Shown in pieces: positions 15,316 to 30,129 of a stretch of DNA of 64,000 nt. The stretch is from Octopus vulgaris (Eukaryota), in assembly GCA_951406725.2 (NCBI GenBank), contig OX597836.1:10850001-10914000 (forward strand), read 5' to 3'. The notes below the pieces were generated by a model that saw nothing but the letters and a program-made list of their open reading frames with translations, was not told the DNA's origin and ran no database searches. A program made the translations under genes and the position numbers. Every line of letters begins with the position of its first letter. Positions within the stretch are counted from its first letter, which is position 1.

Positions 15316-15523
15316 TTACTCTTTACTCTCTTTTACTTGTTTCAGTCATTTGACTGGGGCCATGCTGGAGCACCACCTTTAGTCGAGCAAATCGACCCCG
15401 GGACTTATTCTTTGTAAGCCCAGTACTTATTCTATCGGTCTCTTTTGCCGAACCGCTAAGTGACGGGGACGTATACACACCAGCATCGGTTGTCAAGCAA
15501 TGCTAGGAGGACAAACACAGACA

Positions 15524-15564
<41 letters not shown>

Positions 15565-15586
15565 TCACACACACACACACACACAT

Positions 15587-15629
<43 letters not shown>

Positions 15630-15801
15630 CATATATACAACAGGCTTCTGTCAGTTTCCGTCTACCAAATCCACTCACAAGGCATTAGTCGGCCCGGGGC
15701 TATAGCAGAAGACACTTGTCCGAGATGCCACGCAGTGGGACTGAACCCGCAACCATGTGGTTGGTTAGTAAGCTACTTACCACACAGCCACTCCTGCGCC
15801 T
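15316..15801 (-). mobile_element. SINE family A, full length
   Basis: All family A segments present. Confidence 0.92.
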
Positions 15802-15944
15802 GCGTCATGAAAATGAAAAGGTCGCCTAGGATCAGTTCGAATGTCCGATTGTGTTTTGTGTTTTGTTTTTCGTTGTGTCCATGGCTGTTTCGTAGTTTTA
15901 TTTAACGTGTTTCATTGTGTCTTTCTCAGCTGTACACCATTCAT

Positions 15945-16745
<801 letters not shown>

Positions 16746-16842
16746 TTCTGAGTATATATACACGCTTATGCTATTATATATATGTACACATACACTCATA
16801 CTTATATATTTACATATATACATGCATATATATCTATATAAT

Positions 16843-16883
<41 letters not shown>

Positions 16884-17286
16884 CATATAAATATTTATAT
16901 ATATATGTTTGCATAACAGATATGTAAGTTATACAGATACATAACCACAAGACCCATATTTATCATGCATATATTAGCATAAATGTACAACATAAATGCG
17001 TACATTTACGGCACAAATAGGTTTTTGTCACGTATATAGGTTTAAGTGAGAATTTCTGACATTTTATCTGTGCTACATACAAACTAACGCGGTAATGTTG
17101 TCACTCTATGTATTTCAGCATAGAGCTAAAAAGTCTTCATTCTCTTTGTGTTGCTATGGACTAGGAATATCAATGTAGTTACTTGCATCACTATACGTAT
17201 ATAAGTCTCTCTCTCTCTCATTCTCTTTCTCTCTCTCTCATTCTCTTTCTCTCTCTCTCTCTCACTCACTTGCTCTCTATCTCTCT

Positions 17287-17358
<72 letters not shown>

Positions 17359-17393
17359 ATATATTCACATCTATATATACATTTTTTACATAC

Positions 17394-17427
<34 letters not shown>

Positions 17428-17475
17428 TTATATATACATATATATATGTATATATATATATGTACACACACTCAT

Positions 17476-17524
<49 letters not shown>

Positions 17525-17572
17525 CGTATATATATACATGGGCACTTTTGAATCTGTGTGTGTGTATATATA

Positions 17573-17654
<82 letters not shown>

Positions 17655-17953
17655 TTTATGTATGCATATATAGGTATAGACAGAGGCATGGAATTATATG
17701 TATTTTTACATATATTCATATATGCATGTGTGTTATTGTATAACTATATATATATATACACATCAATAAGTTTTGCTGTTATGTCTTTTTATATGTGTCT
17801 ACATACAAACACAATCACACACATTCATACATTTATGCATATGTAGAAACTCACATTAACACGCACATACAGGCACAATACATATATACATATAGATATA
17901 TCTTTTATCGGTAGCTGTGCGCGTTTCTGTATCAGCATTATAATATGCGTGTG

Positions 17954-18049
17954 TGTGTATGTATGAGCGTGTATTAGTGTGTATGTGTGTGTTTTTGTGA
18001 GTATATATATATATGTATGTATATATATATGTATATATATATGTATATA

Positions 18050-18111
<62 letters not shown>

Positions 18112-18169
18112 TATATATATACTCACAAAAACACACACATACACACTAATACACGCTCATACATACACA
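17954..18169. repeat. Perfect 49-bp inverted repeat around a (TA)n-rich spacer
   Basis: 17954-18002 is the exact reverse complement of 18121-18169. Confidence 0.9.
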
Positions 18170-18196
18170 AATAAAATAGTTTCACATACACATACA

Positions 18197-18301
<105 letters not shown>

Positions 18302-18304
18302 TTG

Positions 18305-18344
<40 letters not shown>

Positions 18345-18350
18345 TATATG

Positions 18351-18405
<55 letters not shown>

Positions 18406-18792
18406 ATGTGTGTGATTATGTGCGAAACCTGCCTCTTTGCATATAAGGGCGGAGCATTACTTAAAACTTAACAAAGAATACTCCGGTAGGCGGCGCAGTG
18501 TTAATAGCACCACATGCAACCATTAGTATGCAACTACTGTCCCCCGTGTACGGCACGTCATCTTTCCTACGCACACATACACTCACACACACACACACAC
18601 ACACACGTACGTACATTGCTCCCACAAATAGTTCCATTGCAATTACTGTTGACAATGATACTGAATGCATGATGACAACCTGAAATGGAGAGATGATTTA
18701 AAATGCTTGAATATATTATTACAGGTAGATCAAAATTGGATTTTAAAACCGTAGACAAACACACATATATAATTATTTCTTATATATATATA

Positions 18793-18870
<78 letters not shown>

Positions 18871-18944
18871 GGGAAGATATAGAGATAGATGGATAGATAA
18901 ATACACACATATATGTACATGTATATATCCATACATACATATCT

Positions 18945-19002
<58 letters not shown>

Positions 19003-19024
19003 TACATATGTATATATATATGTA

Positions 19025-19077
<53 letters not shown>

Positions 19078-19259
19078 GCATATATATATATATATACACA
19101 CATATATATATACATATATATGTATATATATATATACATATATATGTATATATATATATAGATATGTATATATAAAGAAATATATGTATATAAATATAAA
19201 TATATATAAACATATGTATATATAATCTCACGCACACACACACGCGCACACACACACAT

Positions 19260-19303
<44 letters not shown>

Positions 19304-19790
19304 TTATATATAAATATATACAGGCATAATAAAATGAAACTGTTTGTAAATCACTTATGAAAAGCTTCATGGCAGAAGAAATGATAATGTATTTGTGGAT
19401 TTTGATAGAAATTGCTTTGGACATTTCAAATGAAAGCAACATGTAGTCGAAGGCGGCGATTTAATTTCAGTGGCATACAGACGCAGATACACATACACAC
19501 ACACACACACACGCACACACACAGACATACACACGAACCCACGCATGCACACACGCACTGCCTCCTCTCCAAACAAATAGCCTTCCTCCTCCACACACAC
19601 ATGTTGAATGACGTACGATGCATTCTTCACGAATTGAAAGCTATCTCAACTTTAGAGAGAATGAAAGAAATGCGAAAAGCTGACGGCGATTTTTGAGCTG
19701 CGGTAGAAAGCTTGAGGTGATAATTTCGAAAAAAAATGAAAAAAATGAAGCCATTTTACATAAAATTATATTTTCGGGGCTAATGAAAAT

Positions 19791-19960
19791 TGTGTTGCAC
19801 TCATGATCGTAAAACAGTTTCGATTCCCGGATTGGATGCTGTGTTGTTTTTGAGAAAGACATCATCCAATCTTGCTGCAGTTCACTTAATCCACCCAGCT
19901 AATGCTTTCTTGGAATATCTGGAAATGGACCTTGCGACAGATTGGTGTACCACTCATAGC
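19791..19960 (+). mobile_element. Old SINE fragment (C-like head/core, V-like segment)
   Basis: TCATGATCGTAA..TTCGATTCCCGG, TTGAGAAAGACA, CCTTGCGACAGATTGG. Confidence 0.5.
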
Positions 19961-19991
19961 GTGAGGATATGGCTGGGATTTTTGGTATGAA

Positions 19992-20358
19992 CTAGCACTA
20001 TGACCCGGCAACGCCGGGTCATAATGCTAGGCATAGCATTTGGAAGGCATAGCATTTGGAAGTACATGTAATAGTTGTAGACTCTTTTAGCCATGCTATT
20101 TTGCATTATTGCCGAAAGTGAATTAAAAGAAATCATCAAAATGGGCCATTGGCATTTAATACATATTTTCATATTTTTTCAGGGCGGTGAAGATGCACTG
20201 ATTGGCGCAGGCAAATAGTTTTCAGGCGATAGAAATACCAGAAATGCGCAAAAAATATCGCTGAAATTTGTAGCGCCTCACCCAAAAGGGGAGATAATTT
20301 ACAGATTTTCAGACTCGCAGGTATTTCTTATGTTACGTCTCGTAGGAGAATTTTAACT
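19992..20358 (-). mobile_element. Probable non-autonomous Helitron
   Basis: 3' end hairpin CCCGGC-GTT-GCCGGG followed by CTAG|T on the minus strand; 5' boundary is a guess. Confidence 0.45.
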
Positions 20359-20375
20359 TTGCAATACATAAAGTT

Positions 20376-20433
20376 GACAAGTACGACCAAGTTTCGGCCT
20401 TGATAGGCATCATCAGCTTAACTTTGACTTGTC
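20376..20433 (-). ncRNA. Type-I hammerhead ribozyme motif, core intact
   Basis: Minus strand CTGATGA-T-GCCT-ATCA-AGGC-C-GAAAC-TTG-GTC; distal stem I GACAAGT/ACTTGTC; proximal stem I unpaired. Confidence 0.55.
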
Positions 20434-20659
20434 GAGCCTATTCGATCATTGGGACAGTTTTTGGTTAGTATTAGTTGCATATTGGTAAAAATGACTAAAG
20501 AGAAATAGTTTAGAAAGGCAAAATGTTATGAAGTTAGCCGACGAGGTATTACGCGGTTTATACAAAAAAAAAAAAAAAAGAAAAAATCGTGATAAATTGG
20601 ATATTACCTGTTAGTCAGAAAAAGGAAACAATAACCTAGCGGCATGACTCTCAAAAACA

Positions 20660-20910
20660 GCGGTGAGCTGGCAGATAAGGCGGCTAGCTGGCAGAATCGT
20701 TAGCACGCCGGGCGAAATGCTTAGCGGTATTTCATCTGCCGTTACGTTCTGAGTTCAAATTCTGCCGAGGTCGACTTTGCCTTTCATCATTTCGGGGTCG
20801 ATAAATTAAGTACCAGTTACGCACTGGGGTCGATATAATTGACTTAATCCCTGTGTCTGTTCTTGTTTGTCCCCTCTATGTTTAGCCCCTTGTGGGTAAT
20901 AAAGAAATAA
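20660..20910 (+). mobile_element. SINE family B, full length, 14-bp TSD, duplicated 5' head
   Basis: TSD GACTCTCAAAAACA at 20646-20659 and 20911-20924; central GCCTTTCATCATTTCGGGGTCGATAAATTAAGTACCAG. Confidence 0.93.
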
Positions 20911-21462
20911 GACTCTCAAAAACAAGAGGAGATAATATTTCAAAAATCGATTCTTTCGCGCAAAATTACAATTATGTTCACAAGCCTATCTTATTAGCAG
21001 GTACCTGAGTAACAATTAACCTAAGCAACGTTTGCAATCCTCAGTCGTTCACAGAAGGCTATATAAACAATTCACTGGAATAAACTACCAGTTTTAATTT
21101 ACTCACATACCGGATAAGGCGTACAGATAATTTCATTGCTATATAATCCAGAGCAGACTGGCTGTTTTACTACTGTCGAGTACAATGGTTACTAAGCACG
21201 TTTTCCTATGCTCCCCTTTGGTTCCCGTTTTTATGTGGGTTGGCCCCTATAGCCATTCAATGTTTTAAAAGATCCTATTATATTTTTATATTTACATTCA
21301 CACTTATCATATGTATAGTCTGTTGGAGCCGGGTTAAGCGCCGGTGTTTTAAGTCCTAGGGGATCATGGGTGACCGAATGACGGCCTACTGTAAATATCA
21401 TGTTTTTGTTAGCAAGCAGCTTAACAGCTATGGAGTTACATCGGTTTTATCAAACCTCTTCA

Positions 21463-21760
21463 GAGCGCGGCTAAATGGTTAGAGTATTCGACTCCCGATT
21501 GTAAGCTCGTAAGTTCGGCACCTAGCTCCGCATTGTGTCCTGAGGCAAGACACTTAATTTCCCGTTGTTTTAGTTCACCCAACTGGCAAGCATGAGTAGT
21601 ACCCGTATTTCAATGGACTAACGTTGTCCCATTCTGTGTCACGCTGAATCTTGCCGAAAACTACTTGAGAACGGTTGGAAAATTGCATGTTAATTACACG
21701 AGCAGGCTGTTTCTGTTGATCGGATCAACTAGAACCCTCGTCGCTGTAACTGACGGATTA
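21463..21760 (+). mobile_element. SINE family C, near full length
   Basis: tRNA-like head, GTGTCCTGAGGCAAGACACTT core, tail GATCGGATCAACTAGAACCCTCGTCG. Confidence 0.85.
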
Positions 21761-22176
21761 CTATATTTTAGAAATATATTTTCGAAAATCGCAAAACAAA
21801 ATATATTTCCCTTGTGAAATGCAAAACACTGATTCCATAATGTGATCAAAAATAAAAGAAATATATAAAGTTTTTGTATCCATCACCGACTGAAAAATCT
21901 TCTCTTTTATCTTAATCTATTCATTAATTATCATTTCTACTACAAAGATCCCCGATCAAAGAAGAAAAAAAAAACGCAAGAATATATTCAACAGAAAGCT
22001 TTTCCCTTCTTGCAGTGATTCATGAAGTTTTCATTTTTATCGGAAAAATGAATGTTGAATCTTACTAAATTACACAACAGGGAAATCAATTTCTGCATAT
22101 ATTAGACAAAAAGAATCCTCGTGTAAGCAATTAAGGGAATTAATATATACGGGAACATAATTAAACATTAGCATTC

Positions 22177-22236
<60 letters not shown>

Positions 22237-22268
22237 TCAAAAGTAATAATAATAATGATAATAATAAT

Positions 22269-22600
22269 AAAATATAGAAACCTCAGAATTGAGATTGCCA
22301 AGATGTGGCAGGCATCTACGAGAGTCAAATATAAAGGTTGTCCCTATTGTCATCGGAGCAATTCGGGTTCAATACCACGCGACCTAAAGAAACATCTGGA
22401 ATCTCTAGAAATACCCTACACTTTAGGCGTATTGCAAAGATCGGCATTACTCGGAACTGCACGCATATTGCGGAAGTGTGCTGTCTGTCTGCCTGAGATC
22501 CTTCTTGTGACTTGGCAAACAGTACAAACCCCCACTAAACACGATATCTCCAATATCTCCAATCAACGTCACGATAATAGATACTCGGAGACGTCTTAAA
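22269..22600 (+). mobile_element. 5'-truncated R4/Dong-type non-LTR retrotransposon (second family)
   Basis: KYRNLRIEIAKMW.../frameshifts/..SIPRDLKKHLESLEIPYTLGVLQRSALLGTARILRK; embedded in (AAT)n. Confidence 0.85.
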
Positions 22601-22608
22601 TAATAATG

Positions 22609-22660
<52 letters not shown>

Positions 22661-22739
22661 TAATAATAATAATAATGATAATCCTTAAATCCTTAAAAAT
22701 GTTTTAGCCCGAAGGCCGCGGCCATGCTGGGGCACCACC

Positions 22740-22803
<64 letters not shown>

Positions 22804-22828
22804 CAACAACAACAACAACAACAACAGC

Positions 22829-22923
<95 letters not shown>

Positions 22924-22930
22924 TAATAAT

Positions 22931-23134
22931 AATCCTTTCGACTATAAGTACAAGGCCTGGAATTTGGGGGAAGGAAACCAGTCGATTACATCGACCCCAG
23001 TACTTTACTGATACTTAATTTATCGACCCTGAAAGGTTCAAAGGCAAAGTCGACATCGGCGGAATTTGAACTCAGAATGTAGCGACGGGCGAAATACCGC
23101 CAAGCATTTCGCCCCGCGTTCTAACGGTTCTGTC
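22931..23134 (-). mobile_element. SINE family B, alternative-tail subfamily
   Basis: B head and central domain; tail CCCCAAATTCCAGGCCTTGTAC..GAAAGGATT then (ATT)n. Confidence 0.85.
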
Positions 23135-23587
23135 TTTTGCTATATTAGAAGACAAAAAGACACTATCACAAGGTCGCAGTGGGAGTGAACCCCAAATCTC
23201 TTAGTTCCAAAGCTAGCGTCTTAACTCCATGGTCATGCCACCGACTGAATCGCCGTGCCAACGCCAATGATATTTCTGACTCTGAGGAATGTGCCAAAAC
23301 TTTTTCTTGGCCAGAAGAAAGTAAAACGATAACATCCACAGGATATTTGATATACATTAATTGTATTATTTATTTTTATCTTCTTTTTCCTCATAATCAT
23401 ATCTGACCTCACAGTTATTTAATGTTCACATTGGAAGGCCATTAATGGCTGATATGATATCTAATTCCGCAAGCTGTCAAAATAGAAGGCGAAGTGGAGA
23501 TAGATCGTATCTGCTTAGCAGCAATGCAACGTGTCCCAAGCCAAAACAATTAACTGTTTATGCATAGCACAATCTGTCTCGAAAAGG

Positions 23588-23634
<47 letters not shown>

Positions 23635-23803
23635 GTGTGTGTGTGTAACCGGTCGAATAACGTCGGGCAGAAGCAATGCAACGTGTCCATAGCCGAGACA
23701 ATTAACTGTTTATATTGCCCAGTTGTTTTATCGTTTATCTCTTCTGTCAATCATTGGACTGCAGCCATGCTTAGTTAGGGTTCGAGTTTAGGGTCAGTGC
23801 ACC

Positions 23804-23850
<47 letters not shown>

Positions 23851-23876
23851 TAAAGCAGCAGAAAATTCAACAAAAC

Positions 23877-23914
23877 TTGTTACTCTGAGTTTTCCGTTGC
23901 CGTTCATCGGACAG
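23877..23914 (-). ncRNA. Variant type-I hammerhead motif (PLE terminus)
   Basis: Minus strand TGT-CCGATGA-A-CG-GCAA-CG-GAAA-ACTC-A-GAG-TA-ACA; ~32 nt from (TA)n. Confidence 0.55.
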
Positions 23915-23923
23915 TTTTTGCTA

Positions 23924-23973
<50 letters not shown>

Positions 23974-23986
23974 TATGTGCATATAT

Positions 23987-24126
23987 ATATAATCAAAGTA
24001 AGCAACAAGGATATCCAAAGGTAATGTAGTACAATCACTTCATGCTACTTCATTTAATTAAACAAGGTAAGTATTACATCAGTTTTAAAATGTAGAGCAT
24101 ATCCTTGGTGCTTATTTTGATTATAT
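23987..24126. mobile_element. Probable PLE terminal fragment with 28-bp inverted repeat and decayed hammerhead
   Basis: Arms 23987-24014 / 24099-24126 (2 mismatches); minus strand CTGATGT...GTAGCAT-GAAG-TGATTGTA-CTAC between them. Confidence 0.5.
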
Positions 24127-24217
24127 TCATCCCATTTGATTTATATGGATAATACCATACAAAATTTTGGTGCCTTTAACTTAAGTACCATATTCATGTG
24201 AATCTAAATTTTTGCTG

Positions 24218-24407
<190 letters not shown>

Positions 24408-24412
24408 CTATA

Positions 24413-24452
<40 letters not shown>

Positions 24453-24679
24453 ATGTATGTATTTATGTATGCATAAATTTTGGGCCTTGTGTTAATAATA
24501 GAAATGATTATACTCCATGTTTATATTTCCATGACGTGTAGTACATGTTATATAAATACTAGACAGGTCTGTCACGAAATTCAGCAGAACAAATGTAGAC
24601 TTGTGACTTAAAATCAAGGTACGTATAACTTGATTGGACATCATATAACTGCTATGCACGATCGTCGATTTCAGCTCGC

Positions 24680-24892
<213 letters not shown>

Positions 24893-24893
24893 G

Positions 24894-24977
<84 letters not shown>

Positions 24978-24978
<1 letters not shown>

Positions 24979-25222
24979 TGAATGACTAAATCCAAGATTC
25001 TCTGCTAGTTCCTCAACAGTTACGATGAGAATTTGTTCCACCAGGTTTTGCAGGACATCCTCGTCGAGTTCTACAGAAGGAGGCTCGTTTTCTAGGCGGT
25101 AGATTCCAGCTTGGAATTTGTGGAACCACCATTGACATTGGCTTATGCTTATTGTCCGATTCCCATATACTGCATTAATATTCCTCGCACTTTCCGTTGC
25201 ATTGTTGCCTTTATTGAACTTT
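24978..25222 (-). mobile_element. Mariner transposase N-terminal (HTH) relic
   Basis: FNKGNNATESARNINAVYGNRTISISQCQWWFHKFQAGIYRLENEP...DEDVLQNLVEQ..TVEELAENLG. Confidence 0.85.
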
Positions 25223-25347
25223 ACAGCCGAATACACTGGAACAACGTGAAAGAAAGTGTTTTTCTTTCTTTCTTGTCCAAGAATACAACCACCCGGGAAT
25301 TGAAACCACGATCTTGCGATCGAGGAATGCAACACTCCAACCACTAT
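25223..25347 (-). mobile_element. SINE family C 5' fragment
   Basis: Head and core match family C. Confidence 0.65.
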
Positions 25348-25647
25348 TTTACGAGCGATCAGAAAGGAAGCCCAAGGAATAGATTAAAACAGCGAAGATA
25401 AACTCGTTTGTTTTCAACGAAGTTTAAATTCAAAAGTCCCCGTTACATAACACGTAATACTCCTAAGTAGATCTATTGTCTTTTAGACATATTAATGACA
25501 GTTGGAATGCTATAATTCGTGCAGACTGACATATCCTAATAGTGTTTAGAATATATCAGTCATATCTCTCCATCATAGTCATAAATTTTCTAATAGTTTC
25601 ACAAGATATAAGCACCGTTTATCAATAACACATGCATACATAGATAC

Positions 25648-25702
<55 letters not shown>

Positions 25703-26054
25703 CGTGCGTGCGTGTGTGTATATATATATATATGTGTGTGTGTGTATATGTGTTGTGTGTGTGTGTGTGTGCAAGTGTATGCAAGTATATATGTGTGTGA
25801 GTGAGTGCTTGTGTGTGTATATACATGTGAAGACATAGACAAAGCGTTATATAAAGTATTTACGTAACAGAACTAAATCATGAAGCGAATATTCTGCTAT
25901 AAACGCTGACGCAATCTCCTTGACAACAACAACAAAATCTATTTAGCAGTTGACATCGAAATAATAAAGGAACCTGCTTATACGCAGTCGTTCTATCATT
26001 TTGGAAACAGCAGTCATTTCCCCGTTTAAATCGTACTTTGCTGTCTTATACCCG

Positions 26055-26340
26055 GACGGTACAGATAGCACAGTTGCACAGGTAGTACAGATGGTACACA
26101 TTGCAAAATGTAGTCCTAGGAGAGACATCTAGAAGCATTGCAGAAGGACTAAATGAACATTAGAGACAATAATACGACAAAAAGCAGTCCTCCATACTCT
26201 ACCAACATGCCAAAAGACCAGCTTAGCGGCAACCTGGATCAACTTCATATCTGCATTTTATCTAAGCACCCAAAGGGCTCAACCCCCAGACAAATACAGG
26301 GGTATAGATGAAACATCCGCAGTACTAAATAGGAAATATA
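26055..26340 (+). mobile_element. Penelope-like GIY-YIG endonuclease relic
   Basis: VLGETSRSIAEGLNEH*...SSILYQHAK resembles the YIGETxRxxxxRxxEH...SxLxxH pattern; interrupted by stops. Confidence 0.65.
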
Positions 26341-26672
26341 CGTAGTAGATAATCATACCACTATACCCACAGTTTATATTTATAAACAGGTAGAATAGTT
26401 AGTGGGCTGTTATGTTCATGTATGTACGTGTGTAAATGTGTATACGTATATGTATATGCACATGCATGTAGAAGTCGGATTTATGGATTTGATACTTGCA
26501 TAAATACGTATTTAATGAAATTGATGCATTCAATGTTATTTCACAGTGAGTTCTATGCTATCAAACCTAACCATTTCTGGCGTCCTACAAGTTGATATAC
26601 CTTTATTCTTAAGAATCTACCTAACAAAATCATAGACACACAGACACACACACAGACACAGACACAGACACA

Positions 26673-26738
<66 letters not shown>

Positions 26739-27769
26739 CACACATAGAGTCGTTAGATAGAGGCGCGTGTGTAAGCTTATGTTAGTCTCGCAGAGAAACT
26801 GAACCCGAAATCATGTGGTTGTGATGAGAATTTTTTACGCGTGCAGCCATGTCTAGGGAAATTAATAGCTTCGTCATAGAATGGTAATTTATTGCGGGTG
26901 TCTTCTTCATAAAGTGCCTGTGTTCTCTCCCTGAATGTCATGACGCAGTGAAGAATTAATCATCATGCACATAGATGCATCACAACGCTCGTAACTAGAT
27001 ATGAACTCAACTCCGGCTAACTGTTTCTTAGGTACAATATCACATCAAGTTCTCCTCGCATATCCATTCAAAGAATACAAGAAAAATACTATTTCAATCA
27101 GAGATTGGAAACTTTACAATAATACAGTTGCTCCTTTTAAGGTTAACTAACATTACATCTCTTATTGTTTGATAATGGAGGTTCTCGTACGTTTCTCACA
27201 CTCTGGAAATCTTAATCAAATATCGACCGCCATGCATACAAACACCTTCATTTTTACACATACACACACACATACTCGTTATGGAAACATTTGTACACTC
27301 AAGCACACGAACACATCGCTTACAAGATTCAATCATTTACGTATAAATTTCAATATCTATTTCCCAGCGTGTTTGCTGATCACAAATCAATGTCTTGGCG
27401 AAAAATCAAAGCCATTACGTTGCTACATTTATTCAAAGTCTATTCTACTGCAAAAGTGATTAAGACTCAGCCCGTCGTAAAATGTCAGTTTGTTTCTGTA
27501 GATTTCCACTAAAACACTGACGTTTATGAGCCAGCTTCGCTGTGTTGTGGCCAATACTAACCAATCATTGCCCTCGGAAAAGATCTGTTGGAAAAAAACA
27601 AAAACAAAAACAAAAACAAGAAAACTACAAAATGAAAAACAAAACAAAACAAAATAAAAAAACAAAAACAAAGAATATTGGAAATCTCATTCGGTGCTAA
27701 AGTTAACTTTGTTCTTATTTCTATCGACGTGTTTGTTGTATTACCTGTTATTATGTACTTGTTGTTGTG

Positions 27770-28620
<851 letters not shown>

Positions 28621-28764
28621 GCCGCTGTTGTTACTTTTGTTTTAGCCGTATTCTCTCTAGGAATATACAGTCACAGTAGTATCCGAGCTGTAAGTGATGT
28701 TGCTGTTCCGTTTGTACGTTGTGGTCCGTATATTATTACTCTCCATAGTTTTTGATGTTGCTTA

Positions 28765-28846
28765 CTAACCCTTATGTTGATGAGGGTCGAAAAACTTTTA
28801 GCTGCAGCTCAGCCGTATTTCAGGTTGGGCCCAAGATTAGGGTTAA
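28765..28846. mobile_element. Possible piggyBac-like MITE
   Basis: (C)TAA-CCCT-TATGTTG ... CAAGATT-AGGG-TTAA imperfect terminal inverted repeats. Confidence 0.35.
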
Positions 28847-28859
28847 CGGTACAACAATG

Positions 28860-29560
28860 TTGTTGTTGTTGTTATTCTTATTCTTGTTCTCCTTCTTCTT
28901 CCCCCTCTTCGCCTTCTTTCTTCTCTCCGTTCGTCTCCTCTTTTTATCCTCATTTTCATCCACCGCCTGCTCCTCCCCCTTCCTCCCCTCCTCCGTCCTG
29001 CTCTCTTCCGTGTTGTCCTCCTCCTTTCTCCCCCTTTTCCGTCGTCCTTTCCTCCTTCATCCCGCACCTCCTTTCTCCCCTTCCGCCCCTTCTCTCCTTT
29101 TCTCCCTCTTCATCCTCCCTCCCCTTTTTCCTCCCCCCTTTCCCCTCTCCCTATTCTTCCTCCTCCTTCCCCCTTCTCTTTCCTCCCTCTCCATTTTCGT
29201 TTTCTGTTTATTGCTGCAGTAGTGGTGGTGGTGTTGGTTTTGGTGGTTGTGGTGGTGTTGTGATAGTTGATGTATTGGTGTTATTGCTTGTGCTTGTGGT
29301 TGAAGTGTTGGTCGGGGTGGTGGCACTGGTTGATTGTGGTGGTGGTGCTGGGTGTGGTAGTGGTGGTGGTGGTGGTGGATTTAGATGTGGCGTTGGTGAG
29401 ATTGGTTGATGTGACGGTGGTGTTTATTATCGTGGTGTTTGCGTTGGTAGTGTCGGTTGTGGTGGTGGTGGGTGTTAGTGGTTTCAGATGTGGTGGTGGC
29501 GTTGCCTATTGCGTTAGATGTGGTGGTGCTGGTGGTGGTGGTTGTCATTGTCGTTATCGT
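28860..29560. repeat. Low-complexity pyrimidine tract followed by (GGT)n-like tract
   Basis: Visible composition bias and degenerate trinucleotide repeats. Confidence 0.85.
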
Positions 29561-29894
29561 CATGGTTACAGCGATTGGTCGTGATATAACACCGTCTCAA
29601 TGATGGCGGCGATTTAATGTCCAAAGATACAATGACGAGATTACAACTAAGATTAGACGGCTTTTCTCTTTATCGTTGCATATAATAAACGTTTCCCCCC
29701 GAGGCACAAACCTGTACAGTCAAAGATAATTACGTGGCACGTCTCCATCATCTAGAATTACATAACAATTCGTCACAAATGGTTAAAAGAATCTTGCGCA
29801 CACCTCTAATAAACATGGTAGTCATTTGTAAAGTAGGACCATAATAAAGAAAGTTTAGTTCACTGAGTTTTGTGTTTCTGAGTAAGGCATTTCA

Positions 29895-30119
29895 TTGGGT
29901 TGTCCGGAAAGTTCGTGCCGATTTTTAAAGGAAAGAAAAAGGTCAATAAATACTTGCCATTACATTTTTAATCAACCAAATATGAACCATTTTTTTGCAC
30001 AATGCGTCTTCATCTTTCCTTTAACTTGAAAATACCCTCTTCCCAGAATTGAGGTGCCTGGGAGGGTAAGTCGAAAGGTAAGCTACTATAGATCGGTACA
30101 AACTTTCCGGACAACCCAA
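29895..30119. mobile_element. Mariner-derived MITE
   Basis: TIRs TTGGGTTGTCCGGAAAGTTCGTGCCGAT / ATCGGTACAAACTTTCCGGACAACCCAA-TA; interior matches the transposase 3' end in the adjacent copy. Confidence 0.9.
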
Positions 30120-30129
30120 TATATATATA

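Noticed and set aside
18428-18560. TTTGCAT-ATAA-GGGCGG promoter-like cluster
   Set aside because: Short motifs only, with no downstream exon or snRNA-like body found.
23521-23713. Two ~40-bp direct repeats GCAATGCAACGTGTCC...ACAATTAACTGTTTAT, superficially CRISPR- or LTR-like
   Set aside because: Only two diverged copies around a microsatellite spacer in animal DNA; a simple local duplication.
25943-26128. Minus-strand 61-aa ORF resembling a signal-peptide protein (MSLLGLHFAMCTIC...)
   Set aside because: It overlaps antisense with the GIY-YIG relic on the + strand, which explains the sequence better.
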